Origin: Phycisphaerae bacterium
GTDB lineage: Bacteria; Planctomycetota; Phycisphaerae; SM23-33
NCBI GenBank assembly: GCA_021108335.1
Contig: JAIORC010000188.1
Coordinates: 10,240 to 74,239 of the forward strand
Length of the DNA: 64,000 bases
Direction: 5' to 3'
Shown here: positions 47,301-53,631 of the stretch, one piece after another
How the letters are laid out: every line of letters starts with the position of its first letter
How positions within the stretch are numbered: position 1 is the stretch's first letter
Notes under the pieces: model-generated
Databases searched by the model: none
The model's input: only the letters and a program-made list of their open reading frames with translations
What the model was told of the DNA's origin: nothing
Program-made: the position numbers and the translations under genes

Positions 47301-48652
47301 TCGAAAATCCGGGGCAGGCCGGGGTTTTGTTCGTCGGTGCGGACGTGTCCGACAAGCTCGCCAAAATAACGGAATTTGTGAAAAAGGGCGGCAAGGCCGT
47401 TTTCCTGAAACGTCAAAACTTTGATAATTTGCCGTTCGATTTGAACGTGGCAAAAACAAAAACTAATCGCCTCAATTTTCGCCGCCGTCCGCCGTTGATG
47501 CGGGGGATAGCCAATGCGGATTTATACTGGGATGAGGAAGTGGAAGTTTTGGCTTTCAACAGGTTCCCGATCCATGCTTTCGCTACTCGTCCGGCGGCTT
47601 TGCTCCAAATACCCTATGGCGGCGAGTTCGTATTTCTGCAACTCGATAAAAAGGATATCGCCGCGATAGGCCCGCGGGCGAACCGGGCGGTGTCGATTAT
47701 GCTGACCAATTTGGGTGTGGAATGCAAAGTTCCCCCCACCTGGAAGATCACCGCTTCCGATCCGGTTGCGATAGACGCCTCGATTAAGCCGGGCGAGGGT
47801 TTGCAGGTTTCAGCCGCGATTTTGCTACAGAATTATTCGTGGCAAGCCACTCGCGGCGAGTTGAAAGCAAAATTCTCCGGCCGGGAAACGTCGCAAAAAA
47901 TCAGCCTGCCTGCTAAAAGGCGAAAACGCGTACTGGTGCCGCTTGCGGCTGAATTGGGCGATATTTCCGCAACGTTGAAGCTGGCTGCAAAGCCGGACAC
48001 GGGCGAAACGGTTGAAACAGAAACATTGGCAAAAGCAATTGTGATACCGCACATCCGACAAGGGAGTATTACAATCGACGGGCGGCCTGGCGACAAGGAA
48101 TGGAAAAAAACCGCTGCTACAAAGCGTTTTGTCAGGCTGAACAAGAGATTTAAGCCATTGAACCAGAATGCCGTAGCCCGTATGGCATATGACGAAAAAA
48201 AACTTTATATCGCCATCAAGTGCGACGAGTCTCAAATTGACGCTTTGCGAGCACAACACTCCGTAACCGTGCATGACGGGCCGGTGTGGGAGGACGACGA
48301 ATTGGAAGTGTTCCTGAGCACTGGCAGCGATCCGGCAAAATATTTCCATTTCCTCGTCAATTCGATTGGGACGAGGGCGGACGAAATGAAGCTGGACAAA
48401 AAATGGAGCGGCCAATGGCAGGCTGCCACGTCGATCGGCAAAAACGGATGGACTGCGGAAATATGCATCCCGTTCAAATCGCTGGGGCAAAAAGCACCTG
48501 CGTCGGGAACTGTGTGGCGGCTTAACCTGTGTCGCTCAAGGCGGGTTGGGAAAGCCGAATATTCCGTCTGGTCGCAGACCAACGGCGGGTTCCACAAATC
48601 GGGAAAATTCGGATACCTGATTTTCGGAGGCAAATTCCCCGATGGTGGCTGA
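44312..48652 (+). CDS. Glycoside hydrolase family 2 (beta-galactosidase/beta-mannosidase-like) with large C-terminal extension ending in a CBM9-like module
   Basis: GH2 N sugar-binding domain (FWFQRDVVVPKKWIGKKIFLRFGSVGVYAKVLVNGKVAGEHYGESTSFKFDITN) and TIM barrel with NCVRFHTGPAQPWVWDICDEEGILAV and HPSIIMWNADNEIHH (acid/base NE). The last ~200 aa (ITIDGRPGDKEWKK...WTAEICIPF...GKFGYLIFGG) match the CBM9-like N-modules of family A. TTG start. The signal peptide is near-identical to that of 32874. Confidence 0.8.
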   Translation: MGKVNHVRASFINILWFLLFLGGNVGLLQARESVCLNGVWRCQEAKDNKAPSGDWHYIRVPHRLRLGVFDITDSGGRVIPGSDELQKNAVRFWFQRDVVVPKKWIGKKIFLRFGSVGVYAKVLVNGKVAGEHYGESTSFKFDITNLVTPGKKCVISVLALNRKAVGKTVPGGGSGGYAGIREDVFLDALPQTRVENLHIITSFREKTIKVKTWVRNDGDKRKKITLTAFVLKDGKEVKKLPAQEFWLKPGQSREIETIQKWIAPRLWTHETPHLYNLRTELRSGGEVVDTLTTRFGFREFWVEKDSFYLNGAKVHLLGEGTLGPSRHFLTPETTRAWVRLLKDSNHNCVRFHTGPAQPWVWDICDEEGILAVSQSSFFQLSRNDVNPPEFWKNMKTEIDEWIPADRNHPSIIMWNADNEIHHLKYSLRLKKMINKYDATRPIQYGGDSAYKTSMPHCLGNKDYYDSPEVEVLSTYFYACYGYAAGGEGQSYGFQDLLKREKWPPVWQKLTDKPIVIDEFSYPYDFCDVKMLRNKDRKGHVAWLIGDEAYLEAGDYDARGLNVKAISFGDSAVKSRVYSPTYIKARSLIGEDLLSAWRCYDFAGIVEFESFCLTANAWYDFSAIKLNYTPEELALPGMRPKCPAAFFRGDSFLNTCKPELPPYRPNKLFHTVKKAFAPIFLYLGGDMEIANKRHVWFAGDDMRKTLCLINDRLDKKVFRLYLGFEDSSGKVYQTINKTLTLLPGEVKRQKVKFNIPDFAAKTKCRVKIIAVSDGEEYKRDFAVTVFPKPGCLKTVCKIGVRGDSLAGLLGKRMAGIVPVKTMAEIEQCDIVFCDSADWLEREAEKAEKFMRKGGMIVCLCRESVAGVEVDRFTVKNLFPRAKGHPLLGGIDADDLARMEITALPMWAKPERGAFRPIIDGGYRLDYASMLEFVIGKGRLVCLSLPVREYGAEPIITTLVDNCVRYRDSLVAKLLPAAYMGGAEGAAFLAGLGLTLPKVENPGQAGVLFVGADVSDKLAKITEFVKKGGKAVFLKRQNFDNLPFDLNVAKTKTNRLNFRRRPPLMRGIANADLYWDEEVEVLAFNRFPIHAFATRPAALLQIPYGGEFVFLQLDKKDIAAIGPRANRAVSIMLTNLGVECKVPPTWKITASDPVAIDASIKPGEGLQVSAAILLQNYSWQATRGELKAKFSGRETSQKISLPAKRRKRVLVPLAAELGDISATLKLAAKPDTGETVETETLAKAIVIPHIRQGSITIDGRPGDKEWKKTAATKRFVRLNKRFKPLNQNAVARMAYDEKKLYIAIKCDESQIDALRAQHSVTVHDGPVWEDDELEVFLSTGSDPAKYFHFLVNSIGTRADEMKLDKKWSGQWQAATSIGKNGWTAEICIPFKSLGQKAPASGTVWRLNLCRSRRVGKAEYSVWSQTNGGFHKSGKFGYLIFGGKFPDGG

Positions 48653-48775
48653 AGGAAATTTCGAGTATATAGTCAACCGCAATAAGAGCGGCTGGGTGGT
48701 AACGATCGTCAACAACGAAGACGCGCTACCGGTTGAAAAGGACAAACTTTTTTACACAAACGAAAAGAGGAAAAT
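48653..48775 (+). pseudogene. Relic of the 3' end of a family A paralog (gene fragment, about 40 codons)
   Basis: Immediately after the GH2 stop the sequence translates EGNFEYIVNRNKSGWVVTIVNNEDALPVEKDKLFYTNEKRKI*. This matches the conserved C-terminal EGNVEYIVNRNKNGWVVTLINNEG of family A but lacks everything upstream. Confidence 0.6.
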
Positions 48776-48778
48776 CTA

Positions 48779-51751
48779 ATGCATGGAAAAGTATTAATTT
48801 TGACAGGTTTTATGATGTTTTTTGTTGGCGGTTCGGCTGCTGCTGCTCAGAAGGACTCTCAAGCGAAATATCTGTGCCTGAGCAAAACAGCTCGCCCGCC
48901 GGTAATTGACGGGAAACTTGGCAAAGACGAATGGGCCGGCAGCGCCAAAATTTCTGGCTTTGTGCTGAAAAGTGGTATCTGCCCCCCGAAACAACAGGCG
49001 GAGGTTTTTGTAACTTATGACGACAAAAACCTTTATATTGCCGCGCGTTACGCCGAATCTCAACCGGACAAAATCAAAGCCAATATAACACGGCACAACG
49101 GCCCGGTTTATGAAGACGATGACATTGAAATATTTATCGACACGAATTTCGACCGGAGCAGTTGTCACCAGTTTGTTACCAATCCCATCGGTACGCAGTG
49201 GGACAGCCTTGCAATGAAAAAGGGCGCGTGGTCTACAGCGTCGCAGGTGTATGCGGACTGCTGGATTACGGAGATAGCCATACCTTTTACCGTGCTCAAA
49301 ATAACGCCGGAGAAGGGGCTTGTCTGCGGGCTTAACGTCTGTCGTATGCGAAGGAGCAAGATTCCGGAGTTGAGCTGCTGGTCGCCGACGTACGGTTCTT
49401 TCCATGCGCCGGGGCGTTGCGGCTACCTGGTGTTCGGTTCTCTCAAGGACGTAGCGGCTCGCAAAGCCGGCAAGCTCAGAGCGAAACTCGCAAAGGTTAC
49501 AGGAAAAAAGAGCGCGAAAGACGCGTTGCTTAAGGAAATCGGAGAACTTGAGACGTCGGCGGGGAAAGCAGGGAGTTTTGAGGCTCGTTTCCGCAAGCTC
49601 GTCAAATCGGAAGCTGCGATAGGCGAGAAAATAACGGCGTTGAAACTATCGCCCCTGTGTGCGAAATTGATCTCCGAAAACCAGATATCCGTAAACAAGA
49701 TAAAATATCTGATTTCCTCACGTCTGACTTCCCCTGCTGCGATGAACGGTTACAAGTTCCCGGAAAACTGGCGGCTGCGGAAGACGAAGGGCAGGGATTA
49801 CTGGCATGATCTTTCATATCGCAAAATGCCCCTTTATAAGAAGGCCGGCATTGCCGATGAGCCGTTTATCAAAGACTCGCTCCTCGGGCTTTACTTTTGG
49901 AGTAACGATCAGTTCAAGAGAATGTTCTTTGACCCCAAATCCCCGACCCGGAAATTATTGAAAAAGACCGGCAGGGCGTTTTGCATACAGGCCAACGCAG
50001 GCCGGAAATATCCCTATGACATTCCACCCTCCCTGTGCCGCAGATTCCTCAAGGAATTCGGCGGGCAATTCGTTGGTTTCACCGGAGATGAATGTTACGG
50101 CCACGAGTGCGCGAAAAAATGGCCGCGTATGAAATTAAGCATGCCGAAAACCCGGCACGAATCGTTTCTGGGCTTTCTGGCTTGTTTCCAGGATCGACGC
50201 AGGCCGATGTTCCACAACTGGGCTTTGTGCATCGACGAGTTCCGTCCCTGGACAATTTGTACAAATGCGGCAAGGCTTGACCATTATGTTCACGATGCGG
50301 GAACGGTGCTGATGTCCGGCCATGAAATCGGCGGGCATCAGGTATGTAATCCGATGGCGTTTGCATTTTCGCGTGGGGCGGGGCGGCAATACGATAAGCC
50401 GTGGCGAACGTATCTGGCGGTCTGGAGCACGGGCATTGTGTGGGATTCCACCAACGGTTACGACGTACTGTCGCCGGAGTGCCGCAACTCGTTTGGCAGA
50501 GCCAATTGGGACAGAGGCCCTTACAGCGGCACGTCGCTTTCGCTGCAGTGGAGAGAAATTGCCAGCGCGCTTATGTCCGGCACGAACATGTTCCGCGACG
50601 AAGGCGACGCCGATTGCGGCTCGCTCTATGTAGCCAATTACGACTATCGCACGATTAATACCGTGGACAACCTCGTAAAAGTCCTGCGAGACAAGCCGTA
50701 CTGCATATCGCCGGCTGGCGCAATCCGCAGAGACCTCTATAACATTATCATCAAGAGGAATGATCGCGGCGCGACATACGCGCCGGTGGCCTTGGTTTTC
50801 GACCGTTATCACGGCTTTATTCTGGGGCATTATCTCAATTCCGTTCTTGGCGTGTTTCCGTACACCGAGGCGGATTACATGATGCGGGCAGTCAATCAGA
50901 CGCTGTTCCCGTGGGAGCATCGTGCGGGCGAGCACCGGGCGACGGCGACAGGCCCGTTCGGCGACATGTTCGACGTTTTGACCAACAATGCTTCTGGCGA
51001 AGTGTTCGACACTTACGGGGCAGCGATGCTTGTCGGGAATGTCGAGATGGACGGGAATTTTGTGAAAAAGCTCGTCAACTACGTCAAAAACGGCGGAACG
51101 CTGATTGTCAACGCCAAACAGATCAACGGCAACCTGTCGGAAAGGCTCCAGAAATTCCTCGGCTGCAAGGTAACGGAAAAGCGAGGCCGGGGCAAAATGG
51201 CGTTCAGCAATCTCGACAATTCAATGATACTGGAAAAAAAGCCCTTCAACTTCCAGTACCTTGAACCGACAACCGCGACGCCGCTCGTTTCCCTGATCAA
51301 GGGAGACAAGAAAACCGCTCCGCTGGTACTGTCGAACAAATACGGCAAGGGCAGGGTGATTGTTACCGCGCCGGATTATCTTAAGGTACCCGGCAGCAAA
51401 ATGCGGATGCTGAAATTGTTCAGCCATCTCATGCGACAGCTCAACTCCGAGCTGCTGCCGGTGAAGGTGGAGGGGAACGTTGAGTATATCGTCAACCGCA
51501 ACAAGAACGGCTGGGTGGTAACGCTTATCAATAACGAGGGCGTGTACAAATATCCCGGCAAAGAGGAAATTATCAAATCCGCGGAAAACGTCGACGCAAA
51601 GGTTACCCTTAAGCGTAACGCTGCGGCGAAGGTTTCGAAAGTCAATGAATGGTTTACTGGCAAAGAGCTGAAACACGCCGAAACCCCGCAGGGCACGGAA
51701 GTAACCCTCACCGTCCCAGCCGGCGACGTTCGGATCGTCGAATTTGAATGA
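48779..51751 (+). CDS. Family A paralog 4
   Basis: Signal peptide, CBM9-like PPVIDGKLGKDEW, conserved core, and a C-terminus ending VRIVEFE. Confidence 0.6.
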   Translation: MHGKVLILTGFMMFFVGGSAAAAQKDSQAKYLCLSKTARPPVIDGKLGKDEWAGSAKISGFVLKSGICPPKQQAEVFVTYDDKNLYIAARYAESQPDKIKANITRHNGPVYEDDDIEIFIDTNFDRSSCHQFVTNPIGTQWDSLAMKKGAWSTASQVYADCWITEIAIPFTVLKITPEKGLVCGLNVCRMRRSKIPELSCWSPTYGSFHAPGRCGYLVFGSLKDVAARKAGKLRAKLAKVTGKKSAKDALLKEIGELETSAGKAGSFEARFRKLVKSEAAIGEKITALKLSPLCAKLISENQISVNKIKYLISSRLTSPAAMNGYKFPENWRLRKTKGRDYWHDLSYRKMPLYKKAGIADEPFIKDSLLGLYFWSNDQFKRMFFDPKSPTRKLLKKTGRAFCIQANAGRKYPYDIPPSLCRRFLKEFGGQFVGFTGDECYGHECAKKWPRMKLSMPKTRHESFLGFLACFQDRRRPMFHNWALCIDEFRPWTICTNAARLDHYVHDAGTVLMSGHEIGGHQVCNPMAFAFSRGAGRQYDKPWRTYLAVWSTGIVWDSTNGYDVLSPECRNSFGRANWDRGPYSGTSLSLQWREIASALMSGTNMFRDEGDADCGSLYVANYDYRTINTVDNLVKVLRDKPYCISPAGAIRRDLYNIIIKRNDRGATYAPVALVFDRYHGFILGHYLNSVLGVFPYTEADYMMRAVNQTLFPWEHRAGEHRATATGPFGDMFDVLTNNASGEVFDTYGAAMLVGNVEMDGNFVKKLVNYVKNGGTLIVNAKQINGNLSERLQKFLGCKVTEKRGRGKMAFSNLDNSMILEKKPFNFQYLEPTTATPLVSLIKGDKKTAPLVLSNKYGKGRVIVTAPDYLKVPGSKMRMLKLFSHLMRQLNSELLPVKVEGNVEYIVNRNKNGWVVTLINNEGVYKYPGKEEIIKSAENVDAKVTLKRNAAAKVSKVNEWFTGKELKHAETPQGTEVTLTVPAGDVRIVEFE

Positions 51752-51833
51752 CAGTGAAGCGCTTACGAAAATTACGAGATTGAACAAGGCAACGCCCAAA
51801 GCCCTGCACCTTGCGAAGCAAGGAGAGTAGAAA

Positions 51834-53621
51834 ATGCGAATTCATAATTGGTTGTGTTTTCTTTTGATAGTAGCGTGGATGTTCTGCGCTGGCGTATCTT
51901 GGGCGCAGTCGCCTCGTCCCAAATATACTTGTTATAAGATCCCCAAAGGGGCCGTCAAAATCGATGGTGTCCTGGACGAAAAGTGCTGGTCGCGGACTCC
52001 GTGGCTGGACTTGCGGAACACGAAAACCGGCAAACGCATTGCCTATCCGTCGAAAGTGCGAATGTTGTGGGATGACAAATATCTCTACGCGGGCTATGAC
52101 GTAGGCTATGTGGATGTGTTCGGCAAGGAGACGAAAAGAGACACGCCTTTCTATAAAAAAAAAGAAATGTTCGTAAAGCTTTTTCTGGACCCTGACGCAA
52201 ACGGCACGGATGTTTTTGAAATCCATGTTTCGCCGCGGAATTGCGTGTACGATGTCCGACAGGCTATCCCGAACCATAATCAAAATCCCCCTGGCACAGT
52301 AGCCGCCAAGTGGAACTGCAAGGGGCTTCTCAGTGCGGTTCGTATTAACGGAACCCTGAATAATTCAGCTGATGTGGATCGAGGATATACCGTGGAGCTG
52401 GCTATTCCGTGGGCGTCGATACGCAAATTCACGATTGGCAAGTGCCCTCCCTCGCCGGGGGACCGTTGGGCTGTAAGTCCGCAATGTCGGTATTTTCTGC
52501 AACCGTCGAAGAATGGAATATGCCGCGGCAAAGCGTATTATGCCAGTTGGCCGAAACTCGGTATTATTGATTCACATGTTTATGACAGGTATGGACATAT
52601 GATTTTTTCATCACAAAGCCCCAGAATGCTCGAATGGAAACTAGCCTGGATATGGACCCTGCCGTCGAAAACCGACGCGCAGATCGAAGACGCCGTCGTC
52701 AAGGCCAAAGCAATGGGCTTCAATGCGATAGCGTGGAATGCCAGGTGGAAACCGTTCATTCACGCGTGCAGAAAACATGGCATGCAAGCATATGCCGTTA
52801 TCTCCCCAGATTACGGGAAAGCCTGGGGAACCACAAAGCACGAACAGGTAATGCTTCCTGGAGAGGAGAAATTACCCTCCAGTCGCAAAGATAATCCAAC
52901 TTATCAGGAAGGCGGCGAGCCGCTTGGAGGAGCTATAGGAACAGAAATCCGCCGAGCCACTTTGCCTTGTTTCAGGCATCCGCATGTCCTTGAACAATTC
53001 CGCAAAAAAATTCGCCAAAGCGTGGATCGAGGCTATTCGGGAATTGCCTTCGATTGGATTGGTTACAAGAATCTTCACGGGTGTTACTGTGAACACTGCA
53101 AGCGGCTTGCCCGTAAGGCGGCCCCGCCCGGAATGTCTCCGCAGGAGGCAGACCGCCGGTTTCAAGAGGAAACGCTCACGCAATTCTACAAGAACATATG
53201 CGATTACGCCAAATCCTACGCTAAATCCCTGAACAGGACCGTCAAAACCACATGCCATGTCTACCCGGCCTTTTTACCGAACAATCTCTATGGTAACAAG
53301 CTGCCGGTGGACTATTGCGGCCAGACGGTTTCGTGGTTTTTCAAGCCTCATTGGAAATTCGAGAAAATCGAACGCTACACGCGGTACGTCGTGGAGAATG
53401 ACTCTTTGTACCACCGGCACAGTGTAGGTGCGCCTTTTATCGCTTTCTACGGCAAGGGAACCTTCGCTGTCGATGTCAAGTCGGCTGGGCGTGTTAGAAA
53501 AGAGATTCAAATTATCAAGAAATGCGGTGCAAGGGCTATCCAGTTTGCCGAACTGGGGAATATTCTGGCAGTCCCTGCTGTCGCCAAGGTTGTCACAGAA
53601 GAGCTTAATGACCAAGAATAA
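51834..53621 (+). CDS. Secreted CBM9-like N-module fused to a putative TIM-barrel glycosidase-like domain containing a Cys cluster
   Basis: Signal peptide; CBM9-like VKIDGVLDEKCW...LFLDPDANGTDVFEIHV...YTVELAIPWASI; C-terminal ~330 aa with GFNAIAWNARWKPF...GYSGIAFDWIGYKNLHGCYCEHCKRLA. Confidence 0.45.
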   Translation: MRIHNWLCFLLIVAWMFCAGVSWAQSPRPKYTCYKIPKGAVKIDGVLDEKCWSRTPWLDLRNTKTGKRIAYPSKVRMLWDDKYLYAGYDVGYVDVFGKETKRDTPFYKKKEMFVKLFLDPDANGTDVFEIHVSPRNCVYDVRQAIPNHNQNPPGTVAAKWNCKGLLSAVRINGTLNNSADVDRGYTVELAIPWASIRKFTIGKCPPSPGDRWAVSPQCRYFLQPSKNGICRGKAYYASWPKLGIIDSHVYDRYGHMIFSSQSPRMLEWKLAWIWTLPSKTDAQIEDAVVKAKAMGFNAIAWNARWKPFIHACRKHGMQAYAVISPDYGKAWGTTKHEQVMLPGEEKLPSSRKDNPTYQEGGEPLGGAIGTEIRRATLPCFRHPHVLEQFRKKIRQSVDRGYSGIAFDWIGYKNLHGCYCEHCKRLARKAAPPGMSPQEADRRFQEETLTQFYKNICDYAKSYAKSLNRTVKTTCHVYPAFLPNNLYGNKLPVDYCGQTVSWFFKPHWKFEKIERYTRYVVENDSLYHRHSVGAPFIAFYGKGTFAVDVKSAGRVRKEIQIIKKCGARAIQFAELGNILAVPAVAKVVTEELNDQE

Positions 53622-53631
53622 GGAAAATATT

